DNA of 64,000 nucleotides from contig CAVTMH010000001.1 of the NCBI GenBank assembly GCA_963735785.1, forward strand, positions 78,824-142,823. The letters are read 5' to 3'. This document shows, piece by piece, positions 39,409 to 50,844 of this stretch (positions are counted from its first letter, which is position 1; each line of letters starts with the position of its first letter). Below the pieces are notes generated by a model. It was not told where the DNA came from. It ran no database searches and saw only the letters and a list, made by a program, of their open reading frames with translations. This stretch comes from an uncultured Chloroflexia bacterium (GTDB lineage: Bacteria; Chloroflexota; Limnocylindria; Limnocylindrales; CSP1-4). Made by a program: the position numbers and the translations under genes.

Positions 39409-40165
39409 ACGAGCGTACCTCCGCTCGAGATCACGGTCCCGACCGGTTCGCCGGCCGCGACCCTCGTGATGTTGTCTGGTGAATTGAGGTCGAACACGAC
39501 GATGGGCAGGTCGTTCTCCATGCACAGGCTGACGGCGGCCGCGTCCATGACCTTGAGCTGGTCACGAAGCAGGTCCGCGTAGCTCAACTGAGCGTAGCGC
39601 CGGGCATCCGGGTGCGTCAGCGGGTCCCGATCGTAGACCCCATCGACCTTGGTGGCCTTCAGCAGGACCTCGGCATTGATCTCGACGGCGCGCAGCGCGG
39701 CGGCCGTGTCGGTCGTGAAGTACGGATTGCCGGTGCCGGCAACGAAGATCGCGACTCGACCCTTCTCGAGGTGGCGGATGGCGCGGCGGCGGATGTACGG
39801 CTCGGCGACCTCGTTCATCGCGATGGCCGACATGACCCTGGTCGTGATGCCGGCCTTCTCGAGCGCGTCCTGGAGGGCGAGGCCGTTCATGACGGTCGCC
39901 AGCATGCCGATGTAGTCGCCGGTCGCGCGATCCATGCCGGCCGCGGCCGCGGCCATGCCCCGGAAGATATTGCCGCCGCCCACGACGATGCCGACCTGCA
40001 CGCCGAGCTGATGGACCTCGGCGACCTGCTTGGCGATGAACGTGCAGTACGCGGGGTCGACGCCGTAGGCCCGATCCCCGAGCAGGGCCTCTCCGGACAG
40101 CTTGAGCAGGATCCGGCGATATCGAACCGCCGAGTCCGGGGCAGCCCTGCTGGTCGCGGCCTGGG

Positions 40166-40169
<4 letters not shown>
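39405..40169 (-). CDS. pyrH: UMP kinase
   Basis: [19 protein letters not shown] and GNPYFTTD. Confidence 0.97.
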
Positions 40170-40762
<593 letters not shown>

Positions 40763-40885
40763 GTGGGTGTGTGCTCCTGTTCGTGTGTCGGGCGGGTGCG
40801 CGGGGCGCCCGCTGGGTCTTGTCGTGGCCTCGCCCCCCGGCAGCTGTCCACGGTTCGGACGTTTTCGACCGCCGCCGACGTCCGG

Positions 40886-41854
40886 TCAGGCCGGGTTATC
40901 GCCCTCGGCCTTCTCGGCCGCCTCGCGCGCGAGCTCGGCGGCGATCTCCTCCGGGGTCGCCTCCGACGGCGGCTCTGCGACGGCTGCCTCGGCCCGGGCG
41001 ACACGGTCGCCGGGCAGGAGGTCGTCGTCGTCGGCATCGGGCTCGAAGGTGAGCGCGGCTCCGCCGGCGAGGGCGGCCACGAGCTCGTCGGACGCGCCGG
41101 CCGCCTCTTCCTCGGTCTCGGGCATGGGCATCGCCTCGCCGACCTCGGGCTCACTTGCGGCCCGCGCAGACCGCTGCTCGGCGCCTTCGATGGCGGCTTC
41201 CGCGACCAGGGTGCAGAGCAACCGGATCGCGCGGATGGCGTCGTCATTGGCGGGGATGATGTAGTCGAGCTCGTCGGGGTCGACGTTGGTGTCGCCCGTG
41301 CCGACGACCGGGATCTCGAGCTTGTTCGCCTCGGTCACCGCGATGCGCTCGCGATGGGGATCGATGATGAAGACGGCCCCGGGCAGACGCTTCATCTTTC
41401 GCATCCCGCCGACTGTGCCCTGCAGCTTGACCATCTCCTCGGTCAGCTTCGCGGCTTCCTTCTTCGTCATGCGCTCGAAGTCGCCCGCCCCCTGGCGGGC
41501 CTCGAGCTGCTCGAGCAGGCCGATGCGCTTCTTGATGGTCGAGAAGTTCGTCAGCATGCCGCCGAGCCAGCGCTTCTGGACGTAGGGCATGTTGGCGCGC
41601 GTCGCCTCGGCGACGATCGGCTCCTGGGCCTGCTTCTTCGTCCCGACGAAGAGGACCTGGTCGCCGCGGGCGACCGTCTCGCGGACCGCCTCGAGGGCGA
41701 CGTCGAGCCGCTGCACGGTCTGGGCGAGATCGATGATGTGGATCCCGTTGCGCTCGGCGAAGATGAATGGGCGCATCTTGGGGTTCCAGCGGCGGGTCTG
41801 GTGGCCGAAGTGGACTCCGGCTTCCAGCAGCTGCCGCATCGAGACGGACGGCAC
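40886..41854 (-). CDS. rpsB: 30S ribosomal protein S2 with an acidic tail
   Basis: [18 protein letters not shown] and IPANDD. Confidence 0.98.
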   Translation of the reverse strand: MPSVSMRQLLEAGVHFGHQTRRWNPKMRPFIFAERNGIHIIDLAQTVQRLDVALEAVRETVARGDQVLFVGTKKQAQEPIVAEATRANMPYVQKRWLGGMLTNFSTIKKRIGLLEQLEARQGAGDFERMTKKEAAKLTEEMVKLQGTVGGMRKMKRLPGAVFIIDPHRERIAVTEANKLEIPVVGTGDTNVDPDELDYIIPANDDAIRAIRLLCTLVAEAAIEGAEQRSARAASEPEVGEAMPMPETEEEAAGASDELVAALAGGAALTFEPDADDDDLLPGDRVARAEAAVAEPPSEATPEEIAAELAREAAEKAEGDNPA

Positions 41855-41869
41855 GGTGTGAGACCTCCT

Positions 41870-41968
41870 GTTGGTTTCGACCTCCGCGGACCCCTGGTGT
41901 CGACGGGGACCCTGGCTCCGTCGCGGACGGGCTGGGCACCACCCCGGTCGGGACGGTCCGCGTGTGGG
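41870..41968 (-). ncRNA. rpsB leader (t44/S2-leader-like cis-regulatory RNA)
   Basis: CACACGCGGAC...GGTG...GTCCGCGGAGG..AAACC pattern directly upstream of rpsB. TGC-TACACT promoter at 42040-42048. Confidence 0.65.
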
Positions 41969-42099
41969 CTCCGCTCAGCGTTCACGCCGGCGGGCAGTGC
42001 GATGATGGGCGTGGTTCGGACGGTTCCGGACCGCGGCGGAGTGTAGCACAGGGTCGGTTTCGGGCCGGCAGGGCGAACGCGGAGATCCGACCGGCTTAC

Positions 42100-42516
42100 T
42101 CAGAACGCCGCCCGGTGATGCCGGACCAGTGGCTCCCCTCCCCGGTCGCCTGGTTCGATCACCACGAGGTCGAACCGGAGGGGCAGGCGCGGGATCGGGT
42201 TGCCGTCGGGCATCGCGCCTCGATCGAGCAACCCGAAGGCCGCCTGGCGGACGCGCGCGCGCTTGCGATGGTCGACCGTCTCCTCTGCAAGGCCGAAGCT
42301 GCGCGATCGCCGCCAGCGGACCTCGACAATGACGAGTGCGGCCGGCGGGCCCGGGTCGACTGCCACGAGATCGAGTTCGTAGCGGCCGACATGGACGTTC
42401 CGGGCGAGGATGGTCCAGCCGGCCTCGAGGAGCCGGGTCAGGACCAGCGTCTCGGCGGCGTCACCCGCCAGCTGGGCCGCGGTCCGGCTTCGGTCGAGCG
42501 GCGGCGGACCATCCAT
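42100..42516 (-). CDS. YraN family PD-(D/E)XK protein
   Basis: GDAAE...GWTILARN...ELDLVA...VEVR...RFD; downstream of rnhB. Confidence 0.85.
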   Translation of the reverse strand: MDGPPPLDRSRTAAQLAGDAAETLVLTRLLEAGWTILARNVHVGRYELDLVAVDPGPPAALVIVEVRWRRSRSFGLAEETVDHRKRARVRQAAFGLLDRGAMPDGNPIPRLPLRFDLVVIEPGDRGGEPLVRHHRAAF

Positions 42517-42673
42517 TCCGCCATCGTGACGCTCAGGGCTTACCCGGCCCTCAACGGTTCCTTGCCGGAGAGTCATCGGTGGGCGGTCGAATCATCGCGG
42601 CTCAACGCCGGCGACGCCCCGCGGGACGCGCCATCGACGCCCGGAGCCGGCGACGCGCCGTCGACGACGGAGC

Positions 42674-43447
42674 TCAGGCCGGCGAGACCTCCATGGACGT
42701 CAGATCGGCCAGGTCGAACGCCGCATCGTCCGCCATGACCGGCGTCAGCTCCCGGTCGAGCAACTCGTGGGTCGACGGCGACGCCGCAGGGTCGGCCAGC
42801 AGGTCGAGGTCGAGCTGATCGCCGGCGAGGGTCCGCTGGAGTGCCAGGAACGAGCGCCGGTGGAAGGGTGTCAGGCCCATCGCTCGGATCGCATCGCGAT
42901 GGTCTCGCGTGGCGTAGCCCTGGTTGTGCTCCCAGCCGTAGCCCGGGTAGCGGGCAGCGAGCTTGATCATCATCCGGTCGCGCACGACCTTGGCGACCAC
43001 CGACGCGCACGCGATCGAATAGACCTTGGCGTCGCCGTCGACCACGTTGCTGTACGGCCCGACCTGGGCCTCGAAGCCGGCGATCCGGTTGCCATCCACG
43101 ATGACGTGTTCGTGGCCGCCCAGCCGGGCGATCGCCCGTCGCATCGCCAGGTGGGTGGCGTGATAGATGTTGAGCTGGTCGATCTCGCGGACGGACGCCG
43201 CGCCGACACCGACGGCGACGGCACGCCGGCGGATGAGCGGCGCCAGGCGCTCACGCTGGGCCATCGACAGGGTCTTGGAGTCGCGCACGCCGGGGATCCG
43301 ATGGCAGCCGGGTTGCATGATCACGGCCGCTGCGACCACCGCGCCGCAGGTAGGGGCCACACCGACCTCATCGACCCCGACGACCCGGGTGAGCCCGTCA
43401 TTCCAGAGGCGGCGCTCGTAGCGGAGGGTCGGAACGATGACGGCCAT
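42674..43447 (-). CDS. rnhB: Ribonuclease HII (atypical GVA in place of GRG)
   Basis: GVDE, RDSKTL, IVDG, GDA..SIACASVVAKVVRD, GY and HRRSF; conserved position after rplS. Confidence 0.9.
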   Translation of the reverse strand: MAVIVPTLRYERRLWNDGLTRVVGVDEVGVAPTCGAVVAAAVIMQPGCHRIPGVRDSKTLSMAQRERLAPLIRRRAVAVGVGAASVREIDQLNIYHATHLAMRRAIARLGGHEHVIVDGNRIAGFEAQVGPYSNVVDGDAKVYSIACASVVAKVVRDRMMIKLAARYPGYGWEHNQGYATRDHRDAIRAMGLTPFHRRSFLALQRTLAGDQLDLDLLADPAASPSTHELLDRELTPVMADDAAFDLADLTSMEVSPA

Positions 43448-43508
43448 CGGACGCAAGGGTACCCCGAGTCGATGGTCCGTCGCCTCCGTCGGGACCCGGG
43501 GGGCCCGG

Positions 43509-43538
43509 AATTGAAGACCCCGCCGGTGGGGCGGGGTC
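43509..43538 (-). terminator. Probable terminator after rplS
   Basis: GACCCCGCC-CCACC-GGCGGGGTC-TTCAATT. Confidence 0.6.
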
Positions 43539-43560
43539 ACGGATCATCGAATGGCGGGGG

Positions 43561-43905
43561 TCAGCTACGGCGTTCGCGCAGGGTGGCCGCCTTGCCGACG
43601 CGCTTGCGCAGGAAGTACAGCTGCGCACGGCGGACCTGGCCGTGCCGGACGACCTCGATCTTCTCGATGCGCGGGCTGTTGATCTTGAATGTCCGCTCGA
43701 CGCCGACGCCGGAGGCGATCCGGCGGACCGTGATCGACCGGGTGATGCCCCCGCCACGCAGTCGCATGATCGTCCCCTCGAAGACCTGGATCCGCTCGCG
43801 GTTACCCTCGACGACCTTGGCCGACACCTTCACGGTGTCACCCGTGGCGAGTTCCGGCAGGTCGGTGCGGAGCTGGTCCTGGACGATCTCGTCGAGCACG
43901 TTCAC
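43561..43905 (-). CDS. rplS: 50S ribosomal protein L19
   Basis: GDTVKV...[15 protein letters not shown] and [19 protein letters not shown] promoter at 43987-43995. Confidence 0.97.
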   Translation of the reverse strand: MNVLDEIVQDQLRTDLPELATGDTVKVSAKVVEGNRERIQVFEGTIMRLRGGGITRSITVRRIASGVGVERTFKINSPRIEKIEVVRHGQVRRAQLYFLRKRVGKAATLRERRS

Positions 43906-44057
43906 GCGGCGGTTCCTTGCGTCGTGGACAGCCGAAGCTGGGGGCTGGGCGTGTGGAACGGCCGCGAAAGTGGCGACCGGTGCGGGAGTATAGCACGGGC
44001 ACCAGGTCCGGCTGACCTGGACCCGTCCGGGGCGGCGCTCGGTTGGGTCGCCGCTTC

Positions 44058-44233
44058 GACGTGCGTGTGACGCACGTATCGGCCAACGAAGGGCTCCCCG
44101 CCCACCATCACGGACCGAATCCGGCCTGAATCGCGCGCTTTGGTCTTCGATTGGTGCATGCGGTGCACGAATCGACAACGGTTGTGGCCTCGTCCGTTGC
44201 CATTCGCCGATACGTGCGAGCCCTGCACGCGTC
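44058..44233. repeat. Long imperfect fold-back element
   Basis: CGCACGTATCGGC (44071-44083) is the perfect inverse of 44206-44218, with nested inner matches. Confidence 0.65.
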
Positions 44234-44248
44234 GGGAGGGCGGTCGTC

Positions 44249-44932
44249 CTAGCCGCCGGCGTCGGGAGGCAGGAGGTCGGGGCGGCGCTCGCGCGTTCGG
44301 GCGCTCGCCTGCTCCGCGCGCCAGCGAGCGACGGCGCCGTGGTCACCGGAGGTGAGGATCTCGGGGACGTCCATACCCCGGAACGACGGCGGGCGCGTGT
44401 ATTGCGGGTACTCGAGCAAGCCGCCACTGAACGACTCCTCGGCCGTCGACAGGTCGTCGATCGCGCCGGGAAGGAGCCGGATCACCGCATCGATCACCAC
44501 GAGCGCCGGCAGCTCCCCGCCGGTCACCACGTAGTCGCCGATGGACAGCTCGAGGTCGACAAAGGCACGGATGCGTTCATCGACTCCCTCGTAGCGCGGA
44601 CACACGAAGACGAGGTGCCTGCGATCGGCGAGGTCGGTGGCCCGTTCGTGCCGGAAGACCTCGCCACCGGGGTCGAGCAGGATCACCGTCGACTCGGGCC
44701 GGCGCACCGATTCGATGGCGGCGACGACGGGCTCCACTCGCATCACCATCCCGGCGCCACCGCCGTACGGCGTGTCGTCCACCGACTTGTGGCGGCCGAG
44801 GCCGAAGTCGCGCAGGTCGTGGACCCGGATGGTGGCCAGCCCCTGCTCCTGGATCCGGCCTGGGATGCTCTGCGAGAGCGGTCCCTCGATCATGGGCGGG
44901 AACAACGTCAGGACCTCGATCTCGAGGGTCAT
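44249..44932 (-). CDS. trmD: tRNA (guanine-N1)-methyltransferase
   Basis: [30 protein letters not shown] and YPQYTRP. Confidence 0.97.
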   Translation of the reverse strand: MTLEIEVLTLFPPMIEGPLSQSIPGRIQEQGLATIRVHDLRDFGLGRHKSVDDTPYGGGAGMVMRVEPVVAAIESVRRPESTVILLDPGGEVFRHERATDLADRRHLVFVCPRYEGVDERIRAFVDLELSIGDYVVTGGELPALVVIDAVIRLLPGAIDDLSTAEESFSGGLLEYPQYTRPPSFRGMDVPEILTSGDHGAVARWRAEQASARTRERRPDLLPPDAGG

Positions 44933-45621
44933 GCCGGAGGCTCGGCCGCGTCGGGGCGCTCGGGACTGCCGGCCGACTCGGACCCGCCGGCCGGCTCGTC
45001 CCGGCCGGCGACCGCCCCGACCGATCGCTTCCGCGACGTCCGCCGCGGAGCCCTGGGTCGATCCGGGTCCGCCCGGCGCTGCCTGGGCGGCTCGAGTCCC
45101 AGCGCGTCGGCGTCCACCACGATCTCGCCCCTACGTGGGGCGAAGATACGGATGAACGCCCGCACCGCCGGCAGGTCGAACGTCCCGAACGCGTCCCCGC
45201 TCACGACATAGACCTCGTTCTCGGCAACTCGATAGATGTCCGTGACGACGCCGAGCTCCGCACCATCGATTCCGCGCACCGCCACGCCGAGGACCTCGTG
45301 CCAGTACACCTCGCCGCGGGCCAGGTCAGCATCGGGCCGGACGCCCATCTCGAGATAGGCCCCCCGCAGCGTGTCCGCTGCATCGCGCGATTCGATCTCG
45401 CGGAATCGGATCCGCCAGCCCGGGCCATCCGCGACCGCCTCCGCCGAGGCGACCGTCAACGGCTTGTCGGAACCCTCCCGATAGACGACGGCTCCCGGCA
45501 CGAAGCGGGCCTCCGGGCGGTCCGTCAGGACCTCGACCCGGACCGCACCCCGCAGCCCGTGGATGCCCCGGACGAGGGCGACCGCGAGCCGTTCGGTAGC
45601 GATGGCCGGGGCCTCGTTCAG
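44929..45621 (-). CDS. rimM: Ribosome maturation factor RimM (start probably CTG)
   Basis: [16 protein letters not shown] and LPAVRAFI; lies between khpA and trmD. Confidence 0.88.
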   Translation of the reverse strand: MNEAPAIATERLAVALVRGIHGLRGAVRVEVLTDRPEARFVPGAVVYREGSDKPLTVASAEAVADGPGWRIRFREIESRDAADTLRGAYLEMGVRPDADLARGEVYWHEVLGVAVRGIDGAELGVVTDIYRVAENEVYVVSGDAFGTFDLPAVRAFIRIFAPRRGEIVVDADALGLEPPRQRRADPDRPRAPRRTSRKRSVGAVAGRDEPAGGSESAGSPERPDAAEPPA

Positions 45622-45851
45622 ACGATCTCGAGCTGGACCGGCTCGCCGTCGCGGGCCGCCGTGACCTTGAGCAACGTCCGCAACGCCTTGGCGACGCTGC
45701 CGTTGCGCCCGATGACCTTGCCCATGTCGTCCTCGGCGACGTGGAGCTCGATGACGGTCGCGCCGTCCTCTTCGACGACCTCGACCTTGACCGCGTCGGG
45801 ATCGTCGACCAGCGACTTCGCGACGTACTCGACCAGTTCCTTGGCTGCCAT
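45618..45851 (-). CDS. khpA: KH-domain RNA-binding protein
   Basis: LVEYVAKSLVD and DMGKVIGRNG. Confidence 0.93.
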   Translation of the reverse strand: MAAKELVEYVAKSLVDDPDAVKVEVVEEDGATVIELHVAEDDMGKVIGRNGSVAKALRTLLKVTAARDGEPVQLEIV

Positions 45852-45862
45852 GGTGGGTGCTC

Positions 45863-46117
45863 CTACTTGCCGTTGGGCAGGATGCCGGCCTGTTTGAACA
45901 GGCGGACGACGGTGTCGGAGGGCTGGGCGCCCTTCGCCAGCCACGCCTTGGCCTTCTCCTCGTCGACGTTGAACTCGATCGGCTCGGTCCGCGGGTTGTA
46001 ATGACCGAGGGTCTCGATCGCCCGGCTGTCGCGGGCACTTCGGGAGTCGGCGACGACGACTCGATAGCTGGGCTGCTTCTTCGCGCCGACGCGCGTCAGC
46101 CGGATACGAACTGCCAT
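45863..46117 (-). CDS. rpsP: 30S ribosomal protein S16
   Basis: [20 protein letters not shown] and GAQPSDTV. Confidence 0.98.
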   Translation of the reverse strand: MAVRIRLTRVGAKKQPSYRVVVADSRSARDSRAIETLGHYNPRTEPIEFNVDEEKAKAWLAKGAQPSDTVVRLFKQAGILPNGK

Positions 46118-46160
46118 GGATGCTGTGGTGCCTCCTTCGAGCTGGGATGCTGGGTTGTGT

Positions 46161-48008
46161 CTACTTGACGGTGATGATCGCGTGCTGCTGGTCGAGCCCA
46201 TCGCCGGTGACCCCGGCCCCGACGAACGCGTCGAACGGGGTCAGGAACGGCTTGACCGACTCCTCGTACTCCGCGCGCTCCTCGGGCGTTGCCTCTGAGA
46301 GGAGACCCTCGACGAGGCCACGAACGGCGGCGATGTCGACGAAGCTGACACCGGTATGCGCCGCCCCGACCCGGCCGACCAACGCGGCGTACCGGGCGTC
46401 GTCGGCGAGGGACTCGCCTGCACCGGCATCGAGCACGTGCCTGACGAATGCGGGTCCGCTGCCGATGACGACGACGCCATCGGTGGCGGCATAGGAGATC
46501 TCGACGCGCCCCTCGGGCAGGTCCGCCGTTGCGTCGTTCGGCACCGGGACGCCGCCGAGGCCGCCTGCAAGGGCGGCCAGGTCCTCGGCAGTGCCGAGGT
46601 CGATGATCGTGATCGTGGTGCCGGCATGCTGCTCTTCGCGGACGTCGATGCCGTACTGGCCGCCGGCCAGCGTCGCGAAGCTGCGCAGGGTCGTCAGCAG
46701 CTGTCGACCGGCGGCGGCATCGGCCGGGATCGAGACGATGCCGCCCTCGACCGACTCGCCGTCGCGCGCGATCACGATGCCCGTGTCGCCCATCCATCCG
46801 ACGCTCGTCTCGAGGCCGCCGAGCAGGGCCGCGGCGTCGTCGATGCCCTTGAAGGTCTCGGCAAGGGCGGGATCGTCCCGGTAGAGGGCGATCGACTCGA
46901 CGAGCGTCGCCCCGTAGTCATTGCCGGCGGCCAGGACCAGGGTCGTCGGCGGCGCGAACGCCGCGACGCCGTTGGAGTGGTTCTCGCTCGGACCCGGGGC
47001 GCCTTCGACGTCTGCCATCGCACCGTCCATGACCAGCGCATCGCCCTCGACACGAAGACGGAACGCAGCCCAGTCCGGGACGAAGGCCGCGAGGTTGTCG
47101 CTGATGGGCGGCGCGGACGCGGCCGACTCGGTCAGCGCGACGGCGGCATCGACGACCGCCCGCAGGTCGACGAAGACGAACCCGAGGTCGTCGCCCGTCA
47201 TGGCTGCGCGCGCCGCGACGAAGGCGTCGCCCTTCGCCAGCGGGCTCGTCCCGGCGGTATCGATGGCGACCCTGACGGACGCCACGTCACCGAGGATCGC
47301 GACCTTGCCGCCGACGAGCGCGAACGCCGCCTGGCCCCCGGGCTTCTCCGGGCTCGAGAACACGGTCAATTCGACGCCCTGGTGCGTCTCCTTCGTGCCG
47401 GTGACGCCCATCTCGGTGAGCGCGTTCGTGAACCAGGTCCGAGCCAGCGCCTCGTCCTTGATCGACAGCAGGACCACCGCCCTCGTCTGGTCGGCGGCTT
47501 CGAGGGCGGCGGCGTCCGCGGGCAGCGGCCCCATCGAGAACGCGAGCTCGCCGTCGAACCACGGCTTGATGTCGCGGGTGTAGGTCTGCTTGCCTTCGGT
47601 GCTCTCCGACAGCAATCGGTCCAGCACTTCGTCGAGCTTGCTTTCGAGGGCGGCCTGATCGGCGAAGCCCGGGAACTTGCTCAGGAACTCGCCGACTTCC
47701 TGGCGCTGGTCGCCCGGCAGATCCAGACGCAGTTCACCGTACGCGACGCTGTCGGCGGGGACGTACCCGACGACCGTCGACGCCGGTGACGCGCCGGTGA
47801 GGGAGAGCGTGGCAATGGCCGTGACGGCCACGATGAGCGCGACGATGCCGGCAGCGGCCAGCCATCTTGCGCGACTCTGGCGCGGCGCGGCTGCGGGACC
47901 GGGTTGCCCCGGTGTCGCGAGCGGCGTCGTGGCGATCGGCGTCGGGTGCACCTCGGTGGAGGTGGTATCGGTCGTCGGGTCGTGGACGGGTCGCTGATCG
48001 TCGGTCAT
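46161..48008 (-). CDS. Membrane-anchored DUF3352-like protein
   Basis: N-terminal TM, YVPADS.AY and DIKPWFDGE; internally duplicated halves. Confidence 0.7.
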   Translation of the reverse strand: MTDDQRPVHDPTTDTTSTEVHPTPIATTPLATPGQPGPAAAPRQSRARWLAAAGIVALIVAVTAIATLSLTGASPASTVVGYVPADSVAYGELRLDLPGDQRQEVGEFLSKFPGFADQAALESKLDEVLDRLLSESTEGKQTYTRDIKPWFDGELAFSMGPLPADAAALEAADQTRAVVLLSIKDEALARTWFTNALTEMGVTGTKETHQGVELTVFSSPEKPGGQAAFALVGGKVAILGDVASVRVAIDTAGTSPLAKGDAFVAARAAMTGDDLGFVFVDLRAVVDAAVALTESAASAPPISDNLAAFVPDWAAFRLRVEGDALVMDGAMADVEGAPGPSENHSNGVAAFAPPTTLVLAAGNDYGATLVESIALYRDDPALAETFKGIDDAAALLGGLETSVGWMGDTGIVIARDGESVEGGIVSIPADAAAGRQLLTTLRSFATLAGGQYGIDVREEQHAGTTITIIDLGTAEDLAALAGGLGGVPVPNDATADLPEGRVEISYAATDGVVVIGSGPAFVRHVLDAGAGESLADDARYAALVGRVGAAHTGVSFVDIAAVRGLVEGLLSEATPEERAEYEESVKPFLTPFDAFVGAGVTGDGLDQQHAIITVK

Positions 48009-48027
48009 CGCGTGGTCTCCCCGGCGC

Positions 48028-49362
48028 TCAGCGCCGATTCCCCATGAGGCTGCCGAGCGCACCGCGCTTGCCGCCTCCCGAAAGCTGCTTCATGAGCTTC
48101 TGCATCTCGCTGAACTGCTTGACGAGCTTGTTGACTTCGGGCAGGGCCGTACCGGCCCCCGCCGCGATCCGGCGACGGCGGGAGGCATTGAGGACGGTCG
48201 GGTCTCGACGTTCCGCCGGGGTCATCGCCCGGATGATCGCCTCGGTCCGCTTGAGGTCGCCGCGGTCCACCGCGGCCTGGGCCTCCCCCGCCATGTTGCC
48301 CATCCCCGGGATCATGCCCATGAGTTGACCGATCGGGCCCATCTTCTGGACCGCCTGGAGCTGCTCGAGCATGTCCTCGAGCGTGAAGCTCGCCATTCGG
48401 AGCTTCTCCTCCATCTTCTCGGCCTGGTTGACGTCGAACGTCTCCTGCGCTCGCTCGACCAGCGTCAGGATGTCGCCCATCCCGAGGATCCGGCCGGCGA
48501 GCCGGTCGGGGTGGAAGACTTCGAGGGCGTCGGTCTTCTCGCCCGTGCCCAGGAACTTGACCGGGATCCCGGTCACGGCCGAGATGCTGAGCGCGGCGCC
48601 ACCGCGAGCATCCCCGTCGATCTTGGTGAGGATCAGGCCCGTGACGGGCACCGCCGCGACGAAGGCCTGGGCGACGCCGACCGCCTCCTGGCCCGTCATC
48701 GCGTCGACGACGAGGAGGGTCTCGACGGGCTTCACCGCCGCGTTCACGGCGGCGATCTCCTGCATCAGCGTCTCGTCGATGCTGAGTCGACCGGCGGTGT
48801 CGAGGATGACCACGTCGCGCACCTGGCGTCGGGCCTCGTCCACGCTCTGCCGCGCGATGTCGGGCACGCTGGTGCCGATCGGGGCGCGGTAGACCGGGAT
48901 GTCGAGCTGCTTGCCGAGGGTCTCGAGCTGGTCGGCCGCGGCGGGCCGGTACGGATCGGCCGCGACGAGGAGCGGCCGTCGCCCCTGCTTGACGATGTGG
49001 CGGGCGAGCTTGGCCGTGCTCGTCGTCTTGCCCGAGCCCTGTAGCCCGACCATCGCGACGACCGCGGGGTTGCCCGACAGGTGGAAGACGCGGTCGCCGG
49101 CACCGAGGAGGTCGACGAGCTCATCGTGGACGATCTTCACGACCTGCTGGCCGGCGGTCAGGCTCGCGAGGACGTCACCGCCGATGGCCTTCTCGCGGAC
49201 TCGGGCGATGAAGTCCTTGACCACCTTGAAGTTGACGTCGGCTTCGAGCAGCGCCAAGCGGACCTCGCGCATGGCCGTCTCGACGTCGGCCTCGCTGATC
49301 CGGCCGCGGCCGGTCAGGTTGTCAAGTGTGGCTCGGAGACGCTCGCTGAGGGTGTCGAACAC
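48028..49362 (-). CDS. ffh: Signal recognition particle protein
   Basis: GLQGSGKTT, DTAGR, TKIDGDARGG and SRRRRIAAGAG. Confidence 0.98.
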   Translation of the reverse strand: MFDTLSERLRATLDNLTGRGRISEADVETAMREVRLALLEADVNFKVVKDFIARVREKAIGGDVLASLTAGQQVVKIVHDELVDLLGAGDRVFHLSGNPAVVAMVGLQGSGKTTSTAKLARHIVKQGRRPLLVAADPYRPAAADQLETLGKQLDIPVYRAPIGTSVPDIARQSVDEARRQVRDVVILDTAGRLSIDETLMQEIAAVNAAVKPVETLLVVDAMTGQEAVGVAQAFVAAVPVTGLILTKIDGDARGGAALSISAVTGIPVKFLGTGEKTDALEVFHPDRLAGRILGMGDILTLVERAQETFDVNQAEKMEEKLRMASFTLEDMLEQLQAVQKMGPIGQLMGMIPGMGNMAGEAQAAVDRGDLKRTEAIIRAMTPAERRDPTVLNASRRRRIAAGAGTALPEVNKLVKQFSEMQKLMKQLSGGGKRGALGSLMGNRR

Positions 49363-49526
49363 GGCCCGATCAGGACTCCCGTGGTTGGTGATGGCCGGTC
49401 GGTCGTGGCACAAACCACGCCCGATCCGGGTGGTGCGCGGGTTCTGACGCACTCAAAGCGTGCGCAGTGTAGCGCAGGGTCCCGCGGGACGCCCCGGGAG
49501 CATCGGCCGATGTAGGCTCCGCGTTC

Positions 49527-50837
49527 GTGCGTAATCCCTTCTCGTCCCCGCTCTGGAGCAACGGCGCCTTCGTTCGGGTATGGACGGCGGCGAGCATCTC
49601 GATCTTCGGTTCGCTCATCACGCGGATCGCCTTGCCGCTCGTGGCGATCCTGACCCTGAACGCGGGCCCGATCGAGGTCTCTGTCCTGCGCAGCATGGAT
49701 CTCGCCGCGGCGCTGATCGTCGGGCTCGTCGCCGGCGCTTGGGTGGATCGGCTGCGACGGCGGCCCGTGCTCATCTGGGCGGACCTCGGCCGAGCGGCGC
49801 TGCTGAGCGCGATCCCGATCTCGTTCGTGCTTGGCACCCTGGCCCTGTGGCAGCTCCTCGCCGTCGCTGGGCTCACCGCGGTTCTCACCACGTTCTTCGA
49901 CGCCGCGGACAATGCCTACCTGCCGACGATCGTCGAGCGGGAGCGCCTGCTCGAGGCAAACAGTGCGCTCGCGGCAAGCGGTTCCGTCGCCGAGTTCGCG
50001 GGCTTCGGCATCAGCGGCATCCTCGTCCAGCTCCTGACCGGCCCGATCACGATCGTCATCAACGCGGTCACCTACCTCGTCTCGGCGGTGCTGTTGCTGA
50101 CGGTCCGCCACACGGAGGCACCGCCGCCGCTTCGCGAGGATCGCGAGCCCGTGCTCGATGAGATACGCCATGGGATCCGCCTGGTCCGCCACGATCCGGT
50201 GCTTCGGGCCTTCGCGGGTGCACAGATGCTCATGTCGATGTTGTGGGGGATCTTCGGCGCGACCTGGTTCCTGTTCGCGATCGACGAGCTCGGCGTCGGC
50301 CCGGCGCTCGTGGGCATCGTGGCCGGGGTCGGCGGGGCGTCTTCGTTCATCGGGGCCATCGTGGCGACGCGATCGACCCGTCGGTGGGGGATCGGGCCCG
50401 TGGCGATCGCCGCCATGCTGCTGGCCGCCCTGGGGAACCTGTTCATCCCGCTCGCGCCTGCCGGCCTGCCGCTCATCGCGGTCGCGTGCCTGGTCGCCCA
50501 GCAGCTCATCGCGGACTCCGCGATCACCGTCTACGACGTGACGGAAACCTCGGTGCGACAGGCACTCGTCGCCGACCGGGAGCTCGGCCGTGTCGCGTCG
50601 ACGTTCCAGGTCCTATCGGCGGGAGCCCAGCTCGTGGCGACCATCGGGGCGGGCCTGCTTGCGGAGGTCATCGGGCTGCGGGCGACCTCGTTCCTGGCGC
50701 CACTGGGCGGGCTCCTGGCCGGCGCGATCCTGTATTGGTCGCCGGTCCGCAGCCTGATCGAGCTGCCCGTGACGGACCATCGGTCGGCGGCCGAGGTCGC
50801 CCTGGACGCGGAGCGGGATCAGCCGGTCGGCGCCTGA
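49527..50837 (+). CDS. MFS transporter (H+ antiporter-like)
   Basis: About 12 TMs; GAWVDRLRRRPV motif A. Confidence 0.9.
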   Translation: MRNPFSSPLWSNGAFVRVWTAASISIFGSLITRIALPLVAILTLNAGPIEVSVLRSMDLAAALIVGLVAGAWVDRLRRRPVLIWADLGRAALLSAIPISFVLGTLALWQLLAVAGLTAVLTTFFDAADNAYLPTIVERERLLEANSALAASGSVAEFAGFGISGILVQLLTGPITIVINAVTYLVSAVLLLTVRHTEAPPPLREDREPVLDEIRHGIRLVRHDPVLRAFAGAQMLMSMLWGIFGATWFLFAIDELGVGPALVGIVAGVGGASSFIGAIVATRSTRRWGIGPVAIAAMLLAALGNLFIPLAPAGLPLIAVACLVAQQLIADSAITVYDVTETSVRQALVADRELGRVASTFQVLSAGAQLVATIGAGLLAEVIGLRATSFLAPLGGLLAGAILYWSPVRSLIELPVTDHRSAAEVALDAERDQPVGA

Positions 50838-50844
50838 AACAGAG

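Noticed and set aside
42600-42673. Near-tandem 22-23 nt repeats (42625-42647, 42652-42673) as a mini-CRISPR
   Set aside because: Only two degenerate copies 4 nt apart, with no spacers and no cas genes. Probably a local duplication.
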